Shown one piece after another: positions 28,716 to 40,245 of a DNA stretch of 64,000 nt (positions within the stretch are counted from its first letter, which is position 1; every line of letters begins with the position of its first letter). The stretch comes from Deinococcus sp. (lineage in GTDB: Bacteria; Deinococcota; Deinococci; Deinococcales; Deinococcaceae), in assembly GCA_965261005.1 (NCBI GenBank), contig OZ253376.1:96001-160000 (forward strand). Reading direction: 5' to 3'. The position numbers and the translations under genes were made by a program. The notes below the pieces were generated by a model that did no database searches, was not told the origin of the DNA, and saw nothing but the letters and a program-made list of their open reading frames with translations.

Positions 28716-30158
28716 ATGAGCACCCTTTACACCGTCATTCTGGACCGCGAGGTGCCGACCGAGTTGCGGCCCGAGCTGATCGAAAAGCTGGAGACGCGCT
28801 TCAAGCTGAATGGCGAGCAGGCGCGCAAGCTGGCAAGCCGCCGGCCGGGGCGACTGCTGAGGCCCACCGGCCAAGCGCGCGCCGAAAGTTTGCTGGGGCT
28901 GTACCAAGCCCTCGGGCTGACCGTTCACTTGGAAGCGGTCGCTGAGGGCGACGCCGAAGTGGCAACCGGCGAGCTGAACGAGCGGTCACAGGCGCCGGCC
29001 GGCGCGGAGACACGGGGCAGGCCAGGCGTGGCCGTGCTTGAGGCGCCCGCCAAGCTGGAGCGCGCCGTGACCGAACCCGCCGCGCCAACCGTGGCGCCCG
29101 CAGAATTGGCGCCGCAAGGTCCGGCGCCCACAGGATCAGCGCCTACAGAGCCAGCGCCCACCGAACAACCCGCGCCAGCACAACCCGCGCTAGGGGCCGG
29201 CGCCGTTCACACGGTCACCTTCACCGGCGAGGAGGTGCTTCCCGAGGAGGTTCCGCTGCCGAGACGCCGCAGTTTGCGCCAGCAGTTGATCCTGACGGCG
29301 GTGGGGCCGCTGCTGGCCGGCGGTTTGCTCAGCGCGGGGGCGATCACGCTGCTGATCAACGCCTCGCAGACCCGCTTGATTCGCGAGGGGGCGAGCGCGC
29401 TGGCGGCCACCATCGGGCAAGGCGTGCAGATCGGCGACGTGAACGCCGTGGACGCGCAGCTGCGCTCGCTGGTGCGCCAGCCCAAGGTCGGCTTCGTCTC
29501 GGTAAAAACGCCGGACGGCCTGACCTTTTTCGCGTCGAAGCACCCGGAAAGCGACTACCTGTTCGGCAGCGAGGTGGACGCCTGGCTGGTGGACCACCCG
29601 CAGGCCGGCCGCTTGGTGACGCGCGAAGTGCCCGCCGGGCGCGCGCAGAGCACCTTGGAAACCCTGAAGTCGAGCGGCGTGACGCTGCCCGGGCTGATCG
29701 CCCGCGCCCGCGCGAGGACAGAGCAACCCGGCGCGGGCGTGCCCGCGACCACTACCTACGAGGTGCAAAACGTCGGCGTGTACCAAGGCCGTGAGGACCG
29801 CGTGGTGGGAGCGGCCACGGCGGTGAGCGGCCCGGCGCCTCTGTTCACCGTGGCGGTGGGCATGGTCAGCAACGACGCGGCGGCGGTGTCGAGAACGGTG
29901 CTGGGCGTGCAGCTGCTGATCGCCCTGCTGATCACGGCCCTCGCCGCTTGGCTGGCCGCGCGCGGCAGCGCCCGCATCGTGCGCCCGATCGAGGCGCTGG
30001 TCGCGCACGCCAACGAGATCAGCCTGGGCAAGCTCGACGTGCCCGTGATCGCCACGCGCAACGACGAGATCGGCGACCTCGCCCGGGCGCTCGAACGCAT
30101 GCGGCTGAGCTTGGAAAGCGCCTTGGCGAGGCTGCGCAAAAGGCGCGGACGGGGTTGA
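28716..30158 (+). CDS. Membrane HAMP-domain protein lacking an output domain
   Basis: Small N-terminal domain, Pro/Ala linker, two TM helices; IVRPI..L...ANEISLG.LD..V...RNDEIGDLARALERM, then stop. Confidence 0.88.
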   Translation: MSTLYTVILDREVPTELRPELIEKLETRFKLNGEQARKLASRRPGRLLRPTGQARAESLLGLYQALGLTVHLEAVAEGDAEVATGELNERSQAPAGAETRGRPGVAVLEAPAKLERAVTEPAAPTVAPAELAPQGPAPTGSAPTEPAPTEQPAPAQPALGAGAVHTVTFTGEEVLPEEVPLPRRRSLRQQLILTAVGPLLAGGLLSAGAITLLINASQTRLIREGASALAATIGQGVQIGDVNAVDAQLRSLVRQPKVGFVSVKTPDGLTFFASKHPESDYLFGSEVDAWLVDHPQAGRLVTREVPAGRAQSTLETLKSSGVTLPGLIARARARTEQPGAGVPATTTYEVQNVGVYQGREDRVVGAATAVSGPAPLFTVAVGMVSNDAAAVSRTVLGVQLLIALLITALAAWLAARGSARIVRPIEALVAHANEISLGKLDVPVIATRNDEIGDLARALERMRLSLESALARLRKRRGRG

Positions 30159-30182
30159 CAGACCTTCCAGTAAAACGGGAAA

Positions 30183-32669
30183 TCAAGCCGGGGAAGCATC
30201 TCCCCCGACGGGGGACAGCCACCCGCGCGTGAGGCGCACGGTCACGCGCACGGGCAAGTCGGCGCTGCTTTGGCCGATCAATAGCTCGAACTCGCCCGCG
30301 TCCGCAACCCAGGCGCCGCGCTTGTCGTCGAAGTACGCCAGCGAGCGCATGTCGAGCTTCAGCTGAACCGTCGCGCTGTCCCCGGCCTCCAGGCTCAGCT
30401 TGGCGTAAGCCTTGAGTTCCTTGTCCGGGCGGGGCAGCGCCGTTTCCCGGTCACGAACGTAGAGTTGCACGACCGTCTGTCCGGCGCGCGTGCCCACGTT
30501 GCGCACGGGAACGTCCACGCTGAGGGTGTCGCCCGGCTCAAGCTCCGTTTGGCTGGGCCGCGCCGCGCCCAACTCGAAGGCCGTGTAGCTCAGCCCGAAG
30601 CCGAAGGGAAACAGCGGCGTGAGCTGCGCGCGGTCCACGTGGCGGTAGCCGGTGAACAGCCCCTCCCGGTACGCGACGCGCCCGTCTTCGCCGGGGTACT
30701 GCACGTCCGGCCGCTCGGGATGCACCGGGTCGTCCCCGGGGCGGGCGGGAAAGGTCTGCGGCAGACGGCCGCCGGGATCCGCCTTGCCCGTCAGCACGTC
30801 CGCGAGGGCGTGCCCGGCCTCTTGCCCCGGAAACCAGCCTTGCAGCGCGGCCCGCACCTCGTCCAGCCACGGCATCAGGACCGGGCCGCCGGTTTGCAGC
30901 AGCACGACCGTGTTGGGGTTGGCCCGCGCGACCGCGCGCACCAATTCGTCCTGGCGGCCGGGCAGCGTCAGGCCCCAGCGGTCCACGCCCTCGGTTTCCC
31001 AATCGCCGTTGCTGCCGACGCACACGACGGCCCAGTCGGCCTGAGCGGCGACGCCGGCCGCTTCCCCCACGCTGCTTTCCGGCAGCGGCCGGCGGAAGCC
31101 GAAGCGCAGCGCGCTGAAGGGCGTGATGCCGACGTCCACCAGCTTCGGCGTGAACTCGATCACGACCGCGTGCTCGCCGGCTTCCAGAAAGCGGCGCGCG
31201 CGCGCCTCGTCGCTGCCGAAGCCGAAGTAGGTGTCGCCGGGTTGGAAGCTTTCCCAACGCTCAATGACCGTCTCGCCGTCCAGCGAAAGACGGCTGAGGC
31301 CGGCGCTCGCCAGGCTGAGGTCGTACTCGCCCGCCTCCGGGATGGTCAGGGCGCCGCTCAGGCGGGCGCGAAAGTCCTCCGGCACGCCGGCGGGCAGGCC
31401 ACCCCACATCACCTCACCGCCGGAACGGTCCTCACGCGCGAGCACGCCCTCCCCGTCCGGCGCGCGGTACTCGACGTGCAGCGGCCCCCCGAAGACCGGC
31501 AGAAAGCGGTCGTTGTCGCAGCCGACGGCGTGGGTGACGTTGGCCTCGCCGAGAGCCGCGCGCAGCCCCTCCAGCGGGGAGACGCGGCGGTGCGCGTTCA
31601 TCTGCGCGCTGCCGCCGCCCATCACCCGCGCCGCCGCCGCGTTCGGGCCGATCACGGCGACCTTGACGCCCGCCGCAAGGGGCAGCGCGCCGCCCGCGTT
31701 CCTCAGCAAGACGGCGCCCTCCGCCCCGGCGCGGCGGATCAGGGCGCGGGTGTCCGGGTACTCCTCGTCGCGCTCAGCGGCCTCCCGCACGTCGCGGGGG
31801 TGCTCGAAGGTGCCGGTGCGCTCCAGCAGGCGCAGCACGTTCCTGGCCGCCACCCGCACGGCGGCGCGGGTGGTCCCGTCCGCCTGGGCCTCTTCCAGCA
31901 GGGTGCGGCGGGCCTGAACCGGGCCGGGCATCTCCAAATCGAGGCCCGCGCGCACGCTCTTCCCGGCCGAGTGGGTGCCGCCCCAATCGCTCATCACCAA
32001 GCCGTCAAAGCCCCACTCCCCCCGCAGAATCTCGGTCAGCAGCCGCTCGTTCTCGCCGGCGTAGGTGCCGCCCAGCTTGTTGTAGGCGCTCATCACCGCC
32101 CAAGCGCCGCCCTCTTTGACGGCCAGCTCAAACGGGCGCAGGTACAGTTCGCGCAGCGCCCGCTCGGGAATCTCGGAGCTGATGGTGCCGCGCTGGTACT
32201 CGGACTCGTTGCCGGCGAAGTGCTTGATGGTGGCCGCGACGCCGCGCGATTGCAGGCCCCGCACGTAGGCGGCGGCCAGGCTGCCGCTCAGGTAAGGGTC
32301 CTCGCTGTAGCTCTCGAAGTTGCGCCCGTTCAGCGACGAGCGGAACAGGTTGATGGTGGGCGCCAGCAGCACGCCCGCCCCCTTGTCGTGCGCCTCGCGG
32401 GCCAGCTGAACGCCGACTTCAAACAGAAGTTCGGTGTTCCAGCTTGCCCCCAGGGCGACGCCCACCGGAAAGGCCGCCGTCTGTTTGCCGCCGATCAGGG
32501 CGCCGCCGCCGCGCGCCCCGGCGGGGCCGTCGGTCACCTTGAGCGCGGGAATATTCAGGCGCGCGATGGGCACGGTCGTCCAAGCGTCCGCCCCGGCGAG
32601 CAGGGCCACCTGTTCCTGGAGGGTGAGTTGGTCGAGCAGGGCGTCGAGATCGGGCTGGGTCATGGTCAT
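30183..32669 (-). CDS. GH3 beta-glucosidase (PA14 insert, Fn3-like domain)
   Basis: TDGPAGARG, GRNFESYSEDP, KHFAGNE, VMSDW, LFPFGFGLSYT. Confidence 0.95.
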   Translation of the reverse strand: MTMTQPDLDALLDQLTLQEQVALLAGADAWTTVPIARLNIPALKVTDGPAGARGGGALIGGKQTAAFPVGVALGASWNTELLFEVGVQLAREAHDKGAGVLLAPTINLFRSSLNGRNFESYSEDPYLSGSLAAAYVRGLQSRGVAATIKHFAGNESEYQRGTISSEIPERALRELYLRPFELAVKEGGAWAVMSAYNKLGGTYAGENERLLTEILRGEWGFDGLVMSDWGGTHSAGKSVRAGLDLEMPGPVQARRTLLEEAQADGTTRAAVRVAARNVLRLLERTGTFEHPRDVREAAERDEEYPDTRALIRRAGAEGAVLLRNAGGALPLAAGVKVAVIGPNAAAARVMGGGSAQMNAHRRVSPLEGLRAALGEANVTHAVGCDNDRFLPVFGGPLHVEYRAPDGEGVLAREDRSGGEVMWGGLPAGVPEDFRARLSGALTIPEAGEYDLSLASAGLSRLSLDGETVIERWESFQPGDTYFGFGSDEARARRFLEAGEHAVVIEFTPKLVDVGITPFSALRFGFRRPLPESSVGEAAGVAAQADWAVVCVGSNGDWETEGVDRWGLTLPGRQDELVRAVARANPNTVVLLQTGGPVLMPWLDEVRAALQGWFPGQEAGHALADVLTGKADPGGRLPQTFPARPGDDPVHPERPDVQYPGEDGRVAYREGLFTGYRHVDRAQLTPLFPFGFGLSYTAFELGAARPSQTELEPGDTLSVDVPVRNVGTRAGQTVVQLYVRDRETALPRPDKELKAYAKLSLEAGDSATVQLKLDMRSLAYFDDKRGAWVADAGEFELLIGQSSADLPVRVTVRLTRGWLSPVGGDASPA

Positions 32670-32800
32670 GCTTGCCTCCGAAAGTCGCATTATTGTGCAT
32701 GAGGAACAGGGGACCGTGGGCCTGGACAAGGATCACCCAAGCTTGTGCAACCGAAGACAGCGCCTCCTACGGTTCGCAGGGCGGCGCCGGGGCGGTTCCC

Positions 32801-33616
32801 TCAGCCCCCGTGGTTGAAGGTCGCCGTGCAGCCGCCGTCCACCGTGACGACGGCGCCGGTCATAAAGGAGGCCGCGCCCGACGCCAGAAACGCCACGACC
32901 CGCGCGACCTCGTCCGGCTCTGCCTGGCGCCCGAGCGGTTGCCGGGCGGCGCCCGCCTCGCGCCGCGCCAAGGCGGCGGCGGCCTGCTCCGGGGGCAGGC
33001 TGGCGCGCCGGCCCCCCATGTCGGTGTCAATGTAGCCGGGGCACACCGCGTTGACCCGCAACCCGCGCGGGCCGTAGTCCACCGCGAGCTGGCGGGTCAA
33101 GTTGACCAGCCCGCCCTTGGAGGCGCAGTAGGCGGGCGCCAGAGGCGCACCGATCAGGCCGTAGGTCGAGGCGACGTTGACGATGGCCCCGCCACTCCCC
33201 GCGAGCAGATGTGGAATGGCGAACTTGGCGCACAAAAACGGGCCGCGCAGGTTGACCGCGATCACCCGGTCCCAATCGTCCACGCCCAGCTCGTGCGCGG
33301 GCGCGCTCTCGCCCGCCACGCCCGCGTTGTTGACCAGCACGCCGAGTTGCCCGAAATGATCCACGGCCGTCCGAACCAGCCGTTCGGCCTGACCCGCGTC
33401 CGACACGTCGCAGGCCACGAAGATGGCCTCGCCGCCGCCCGAGTTGATGGCCGCCGCCGTCGCCTCGCCCGCCCGCAGGTCAGCCACCACGACGCGGGCG
33501 CCCGCCCCCGCCAGCGCCAGCGCGCAGGCCCGCCCGATGCCGCCCGCCGCCCCGGTCACGATGGCGACTTGCCCGTTCAGCCGTTCCGTTTCGCCGCCAC
33601 TTGTCAGATCGGTCAT
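32801..33616 (-). CDS. SDR oxidoreductase
   Basis: TGAAGGIG, NNAG, YCASK. Confidence 0.93.
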   Translation of the reverse strand: MTDLTSGGETERLNGQVAIVTGAAGGIGRACALALAGAGARVVVADLRAGEATAAAINSGGGEAIFVACDVSDAGQAERLVRTAVDHFGQLGVLVNNAGVAGESAPAHELGVDDWDRVIAVNLRGPFLCAKFAIPHLLAGSGGAIVNVASTYGLIGAPLAPAYCASKGGLVNLTRQLAVDYGPRGLRVNAVCPGYIDTDMGGRRASLPPEQAAAALARREAGAARQPLGRQAEPDEVARVVAFLASGAASFMTGAVVTVDGGCTATFNHGG

Positions 33617-33695
33617 GGCTCACTGTACAAGTGCGGCCTGTACAAGTGCGGCGTGGTACGGTGCGGGCGCGATTCCGTCCCCTTGGAGGTTCACC

Positions 33696-34622
33696 ATGCC
33701 CAAACCTGTGCTCACCGTTCATGGAGGCTGCGGCGCCATTCCCAAGGCCGAGCTGACCCCGGAGGCCGACGCAGCCGCCCGCGCGGGGCTGAGACGCGCG
33801 CTCGAAGTAGGCTACGCCGCCTTGAAGGCGGGTGAGGCCGCCACAGAGGCCGTGACCCGCGCGGTGGTCGTCTTGGAGAACGACCCGAGCTTCAACGCGG
33901 GTTATGGGGCGGCCCTCAACCGGGACGGTGTTCACGAGCTGGACGCCTCGCTGATGGACGGGCAGAGCGGGCGCGCCGGGGCGGTGGCGGGGGCGCGGCG
34001 CATCAAGAACCCCGTGCTGGTCGCCCGCGCGCTGGCCGAGGTGTCCGACCCGCTGCTCCTGATCGGCGGGGCGGCCGACGCCTGGGCGCTAGAGCACGGC
34101 TTCGACACCGTGGACAACGCCGCCTTCTCGACCCCGGAGCGCCGCGCGGCGCTGGAGCGGATGCTGGCGCTCGAACGTCGGGGCGAGTCGCGTTCCGCCT
34201 CCGAGCGCGATCAGCACGGCACGGTCGGCGCGGCGGCGCTGGACGCGCGCGGCCACCTGGCGGCGGCGACCTCGACGGGCGGCTACACCGCCAAGCCGCC
34301 CGGGCGGGTGGGCGACACCCCCATCATCGGCGCGGGCACCTGGGCGGACGACCGCACCTGTGCGGTGTCGGGCACCGGCAAGGGGGAGCTGTTCATCCGC
34401 CTGGCCCTCGGCCACGAGCTGCACGCGCGCCTGCTGTACACCGGCGCCTCCCTGGCGGACGCGGCGGACGCGCTGATTCACGGCGAGCTGGGAGGTCTCG
34501 GCGGCGCGGGCTTGTGCGCGGTGGACCGGGAGGGGAACGTCACCCTGCCGTACAACACGGGGGGCATGTACCGGGGCTGGATTGGCGAGGACGGCCTGTT
34601 TGTCGCCGTTCACGAGACCTGA
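33696..34622 (+). CDS. iaaA: Isoaspartyl peptidase/L-asparaginase (Ntn hydrolase)
   Basis: VHGGCG, FNAG.G, ELDAS.MDG, GTVGA, ATSTGG, GRVGD. Confidence 0.92.
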   Translation: MPKPVLTVHGGCGAIPKAELTPEADAAARAGLRRALEVGYAALKAGEAATEAVTRAVVVLENDPSFNAGYGAALNRDGVHELDASLMDGQSGRAGAVAGARRIKNPVLVARALAEVSDPLLLIGGAADAWALEHGFDTVDNAAFSTPERRAALERMLALERRGESRSASERDQHGTVGAAALDARGHLAAATSTGGYTAKPPGRVGDTPIIGAGTWADDRTCAVSGTGKGELFIRLALGHELHARLLYTGASLADAADALIHGELGGLGGAGLCAVDREGNVTLPYNTGGMYRGWIGEDGLFVAVHET

Positions 34623-34721
34623 ACGCATAAACCCTCCAAAAGTAGGATACTTATTCAGCTTCTTTTCGGCCGATCAGCGCTTTACACCCGACATAAAGCA
34701 CGCCAGCCAAAAGTGAACTTC

Positions 34722-34762
34722 TTGACGATTGTGCATTAACCTGTTACAGTCCGCCATAACAG
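34722..34762 (+). promoter_or_regulatory. Sigma70 promoter of the peptide ABC operon, with overlapping inverted repeat
   Basis: TTGACG-17bp-TACAGT; CTGTTA-N10-TAACAG at 34741-34762. Confidence 0.7.
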
Positions 34763-34787
34763 TTGAGCCAATCTTCAGGAGGTCCGT

Positions 34788-36362
34788 ATGAACCGAGCGT
34801 CCCGAGCCGTTCTCGCCGCCAGCCTCGCCCTCACGCTCGGTCATGGTCTGGCGGTGACGCGCGGCGGCTCGATGACCTTTGGCCGCTACGCCGACTCGCT
34901 GTTCCTCGACCCGGTGCTGAACGACGCCAACCTCGACATCTGGATCCTGACCAACCTGTACGACACCTTGCTGGAGCCGACCGCCGACGGCAAAAAGGTG
35001 CAGCCCGGTTTGGCGACCGGCTACACGATGTCCCCCGACAAGAAGAGCGTCAAGCTGACGCTGCGCCCCGGCATCAAGTTCGCCGACGGCAGCCCCATCA
35101 CGGCCGCCGACGTGAAGTGGTCGCTCGACCGCGCGAGGAACCCCGACAACGGCGCTTGGAACGGCCTGCTGGAGTCCATCGCCAGCGTGAGCGCGCAGGG
35201 GAACGCCGTGACGGTCGCCCTCAAGCACCCCGACCCCACCCTGCCGGCGGCGCTCGCCACCTTCAACGCCGCGATCATGCCGCAGAAGCTCTTCAGCGCC
35301 GCGCCGGGCGCCAACGACGCCGCCAAGGCCAAGGCTTTCGCCGAGAAGCCCATCGGCTCCGGCCCCTTCGTGCTGAGCGAGTGGAAGCGCGGGTCGTTCA
35401 TGGTCCTGAAGCGCAACCCCTATTACTGGAAGTCGGGGGCGGACGGCAAGCCGCTGCCGTACCTGGACACGCTGCGCTTCGAGATCATCCCCGACGACAA
35501 CACCCGCATTCTCAAGCTCCAGGCCGGCGAGATTCAGGGCGCCGAGTTCATCCCGCTCAGCCGGGTGGCCGAACTGAAGGCCGACCCCAAGATCAATATG
35601 CAGCTGTTTCCCTCGACCAAGGTCAACGACATCATCATGAACAACCGCCCCACCCTCAAGGACGGCAGCGTCAACCCGCTGTCGGACGTGAACGTGCGCC
35701 AGGCGCTCAACTACGCCACCAACAAACAGGCCCTGATCCAGGTGGTGACCTACGGCACCGGCAAGCTGATGAAGTCCTTTATGTCGAGCGCCACGCCGCT
35801 GTACGACAGCGCGCAAAAGGGCTTTCCCTACGACCTGGCGAAGGCCAAGCAATTGATGGCCGCCTCGAAGTTCAAGAACGGCTTCGACGTGACCGCGCTC
35901 TCGACCAGCGGCAGCGCCGACGACCAGGCGCAGCTGACGGCGCTCCAGCAGATGTGGGCGCCCCTCGGCGTGCGGCTCAAGATCGAGCAGGTGGACGCCG
36001 CGACCAAGACCGCGCGCTACCGCGCCGCCGACTTCCAGATGCGCACCGGCGCCTGGACCGACGATATCGCCGACCCCAGCGAGATCACCGGCTACTACGC
36101 GGTGGCCGGCGCGACCGACGCGGCCCACACCGGCTTCAAAGACCCCAAGATAGAAACCCTGTTCGAGCAGAGCCAGCAGGAGACCGACCCGACCAAGCGT
36201 GCCGCCCTGTACCGCCAGATCCAAACCCTCTACGCCCAGGCCGCGCCGACCATCTACCTGTTCGAGACGCCCTACCCGGTCGCGCTGCTGAACGGCGTCA
36301 AGGGCTTTGTGCAGCTGCCGCTGGGCAACAACATCTTCGAGCGGACTTCTCTAGAGAAGTGA
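34788..36362 (+). CDS. Dpp/Opp-type ABC substrate-binding protein
   Basis: LRPGIKFADGSPITAADVKWS, PIGSGPF, VRQALNYA. Confidence 0.95.
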   Translation: MNRASRAVLAASLALTLGHGLAVTRGGSMTFGRYADSLFLDPVLNDANLDIWILTNLYDTLLEPTADGKKVQPGLATGYTMSPDKKSVKLTLRPGIKFADGSPITAADVKWSLDRARNPDNGAWNGLLESIASVSAQGNAVTVALKHPDPTLPAALATFNAAIMPQKLFSAAPGANDAAKAKAFAEKPIGSGPFVLSEWKRGSFMVLKRNPYYWKSGADGKPLPYLDTLRFEIIPDDNTRILKLQAGEIQGAEFIPLSRVAELKADPKINMQLFPSTKVNDIIMNNRPTLKDGSVNPLSDVNVRQALNYATNKQALIQVVTYGTGKLMKSFMSSATPLYDSAQKGFPYDLAKAKQLMAASKFKNGFDVTALSTSGSADDQAQLTALQQMWAPLGVRLKIEQVDAATKTARYRAADFQMRTGAWTDDIADPSEITGYYAVAGATDAAHTGFKDPKIETLFEQSQQETDPTKRAALYRQIQTLYAQAAPTIYLFETPYPVALLNGVKGFVQLPLGNNIFERTSLEK

Positions 36363-36379
36363 CGCTGATTGGGGGGACC

Positions 36380-36404
36380 CCCCTCCCCCGCAGGGGGGGA
36401 GGGG
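36380..36404. repeat. Intra-operon REP-like stem-loop
   Basis: CCCCTCCCCC-GCAGG-GGGGGAGGGG between the SBP and permease genes. Confidence 0.6.
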
Positions 36405-36447
36405 AGCTAGAAACATTGTTTGTATCGGCGTTCGCGCTGGAGAGGTC

Positions 36448-37386
36448 ATGCACTGGAACTACGTCCTTAAGCGCCTGTTGCAGATCGTCCCGCTCTTTTT
36501 GGCCGTGATGCTGCTGATCTTTATTCTGGTACGGCTGATTCCCGGCGATCCGGTCAGCGCCCAGCTGGGCGACCGGGCCACCGACGAGATCGTGAACCGC
36601 GCCAAGCGCGACCTGGGATTGGATCAGCCGCTGCCGGTGCAGTTCGGCCTCTTCGCGTCGCGCATGCTGCGCGGCGACCTGGGGGACAGCATCACCCTCA
36701 AGGTGCCGGTGCTGCGCCTGATCGGCGAGCGCTTGCCGGTCACGCTGTTTCTGACCGTTTACGCCGCCGTGCTGGGCGTGCTGGTGGCGGTGCCGCTGGC
36801 GACCCTCGCGGCGGTGCGGCGCAACAGCTGGGTGGACAACCTGATTCGGGCGGTGTTTCAGGTCGGACTGTCGCTGCCGGTGTTCTACCTGGCGCTTCAG
36901 CTGCTGACGCTGCTGGGGGCGCGGCTGCATTGGTTTTCCATCGGCGGCTACGGGGACACCCTCGGCGCGCACCTCTACCATTTGTTCCTGCCCGCGCTGA
37001 CGCTCGCCTTTAACCTCGCGGCGGTCCTGATGCGCACCCTGCGCAACGCCGTGATCGAGGTGTTGAGCGCCGAGTACGTCGAGTTCGCCCGCGCCAAGGG
37101 GCTGCGCGGTCAGGTCGTGATGGCGCGCCACGTCCTGCGGAACGCCCTGATCTCCACCGTCACGCTGCTGGGCCTCAACATCGGCGCCCTGATCGGCGGG
37201 GCCGTCATCACCGAGACGGTCTTCGCGATTCCCGGTGTGGGCCGCCTGATGGTGGACGCCATCTTCGGGCGCGACTACCCGGTGATCCAGGGCCTGACGC
37301 TGACCTTCGCGCTGCTGGTGTCGCTGGTCTTTCTGGCGACCGACCTGCTGCACGCGCGGCTCGACCCACGGGTTGAAACCGCATGA
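36448..37386 (+). CDS. Peptide ABC permease (DppB-like)
   Basis: PGDP, GLDQPL, ARAKGL, RDYPVIQG. Confidence 0.95.
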   Translation: MHWNYVLKRLLQIVPLFLAVMLLIFILVRLIPGDPVSAQLGDRATDEIVNRAKRDLGLDQPLPVQFGLFASRMLRGDLGDSITLKVPVLRLIGERLPVTLFLTVYAAVLGVLVAVPLATLAAVRRNSWVDNLIRAVFQVGLSLPVFYLALQLLTLLGARLHWFSIGGYGDTLGAHLYHLFLPALTLAFNLAAVLMRTLRNAVIEVLSAEYVEFARAKGLRGQVVMARHVLRNALISTVTLLGLNIGALIGGAVITETVFAIPGVGRLMVDAIFGRDYPVIQGLTLTFALLVSLVFLATDLLHARLDPRVETA

Positions 37387-38243
37387 CCGGCACTCCCATC
37401 ATCGCCCCCGTTCCGGCCCTGGCCGCCCCAAGCCGGCGGCGCCGTCTCAAGCCGACCCTGATCGCGGGCCTGGCGCTGCTGGCCGTCTTTCTCCTCGCGG
37501 CGCTGTTTCCCCACCTGATCGCCCCCTACAGCCCGACCGACTTCGACTTCGCGGCGCTGCTCCAGGGGCCGACCGTGGGGCACCCCTTCGGCACCGACAA
37601 CTTCGGGCGCGACATTCTCAGCCGGGTGGTGTACGGGGCGCGGGTGGACCTTCAGATCGCGGTGTTCACGACGGCCTTTCCCTTCGTGTTCGGCACGCTG
37701 CTGGGCGCCCTGACCGGCTTTCTGGGCCGCTGGCCGGACGCGCTGGTGGGACGGGTGGCCGACCTCGTGGTGGTGTTTCCCTTTCTGGTGCTGGTGATCG
37801 CCATCGTGGCCGTGCTGGGGCCGGGCCTCACCAACATGTACATCGCCGTGAGCGCGGTCGGCTGGGTCAGCTACTGGCGCCTGACGCGCGGCGAGGTGCT
37901 CACGCAGAAGGGGGCCGAGTACGCCCAGGCGGCGCGGGTGCTGGGCTACGGCCCGGCGCGGGTGCTGCTGCGCCACATCCTACCCAACGCGGTCACGCCC
38001 GCCATCGTGTACCTGATGACCGACATGAGCCTGGGCATCCTGCTGGGCGCCTCGCTCGGCTACCTGGGCCTGGGCGCCCAGCCGCCGACCGCCGAGTGGG
38101 GCGTGATGGTCGCCGACGGCAAGAACTTCATGGTGACGGCCTGGTGGATTTCCGGCTTTCCGGGCGTCGCGCTGACCCTGGCCGGCGTCACCTTCAGCCT
38201 GATCGGCGACGGCCTGGCCGACCTTCTAAGGCCCCGCGCGTGA
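37383..38243 (+). CDS. Peptide ABC permease (DppC-like)
   Basis: HPFGTDNFGRDILSR, HILPN, LGLGAQPP..EWG. Confidence 0.95.
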   Translation: MTGTPIIAPVPALAAPSRRRRLKPTLIAGLALLAVFLLAALFPHLIAPYSPTDFDFAALLQGPTVGHPFGTDNFGRDILSRVVYGARVDLQIAVFTTAFPFVFGTLLGALTGFLGRWPDALVGRVADLVVVFPFLVLVIAIVAVLGPGLTNMYIAVSAVGWVSYWRLTRGEVLTQKGAEYAQAARVLGYGPARVLLRHILPNAVTPAIVYLMTDMSLGILLGASLGYLGLGAQPPTAEWGVMVADGKNFMVTAWWISGFPGVALTLAGVTFSLIGDGLADLLRPRA

Positions 38244-39240
38244 GCGGGTCGGGTGCCCTGCTGAGCGTGCGCGGCCTGAACGTCCGCATTCCCACCCCGC
38301 GCGGCGAGCTGCACGCGGTGCGCGGCCTTGACTTCGAGCTGCGCCCCGGCGAGGTGCTGGGCCTGGTGGGCGAGTCGGGCAGCGGCAAGAGCGTCACGCT
38401 GCGCGCCCTGCTGCGGCTCTACCGCCCGCCCGTGCGGGTGGGGGGCGAGGTCGTGTACGGGGGGCGCGATTTGCTGACGCTGCCCGAGGCCCAATTGCGC
38501 CGGGTGCGCGGCGGGCAAATCGGCATGATCTTTCAGGAGCCGATGACCGCCCTCAACCCGGTGCTGACGGTGGGGGAGCAGATTCTGGAGAACTTGCGCG
38601 AACACGCCGGTCTGCGGGGCCGGGCGGCCAGGGAGCGCGCCGCCGAGCTGCTCGACTTGGTGGGCATCCCGAGCGCCCGCGCCCGCTTGGATAACTACCC
38701 GCACCAATTCTCGGGCGGCATGCGTCAGCGCGCCATGATCGCCATCGCGCTGGCGCCGGGACCGAAGGTGCTGCTGGCCGACGAGCCGACCACCGCCCTC
38801 GACGTGACCATTCAAGACCAGATTCTGCGCCTTCTGCTGCGCCTGCGGGGCGAGCTGGGCATGGGCGTGATCCTGGTGACGCACGACCTGGGGGTGGTCG
38901 CGCAGACCTGCGACCGCGTGGCGGTGATGTACGCCGGCCGCCTGGTCGAGACGGCGCCGGTAGTGGACGTTTTTAAGAGGCCGCGCCACGCCTACACGCT
39001 GGGCCTGTTGCGTAGCTTGCCGGGAGCGGGCGGTCAGCGCCGCCCGCTGCAACCCATTCCGGGGGCGCCGCCGAACCTGCTGCACCTGCCCACCGGCTGC
39101 CCCTTTTACGAACGCTGCGCCTTTCACACGGGGGCCTGTCTGGAGGGTGAGCCGCCGCTGTTTGACGTGGGGCCGGGGCACGCCAGCGCCTGCATCCACC
39201 ACGCCGGGCTGCCCGCCCCCGAGGAACCGGAGGCCGTCGC

Positions 39241-39244
<4 letters not shown>
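38240..39244 (+). CDS. Peptide ABC ATPase (DppD-like)
   Basis: GESGSGKS, YPHQFSGGMRQR, C-terminal Cys cluster. Confidence 0.95.
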
Positions 39245-40241
<997 letters not shown>

Positions 40242-40245
<4 letters not shown>

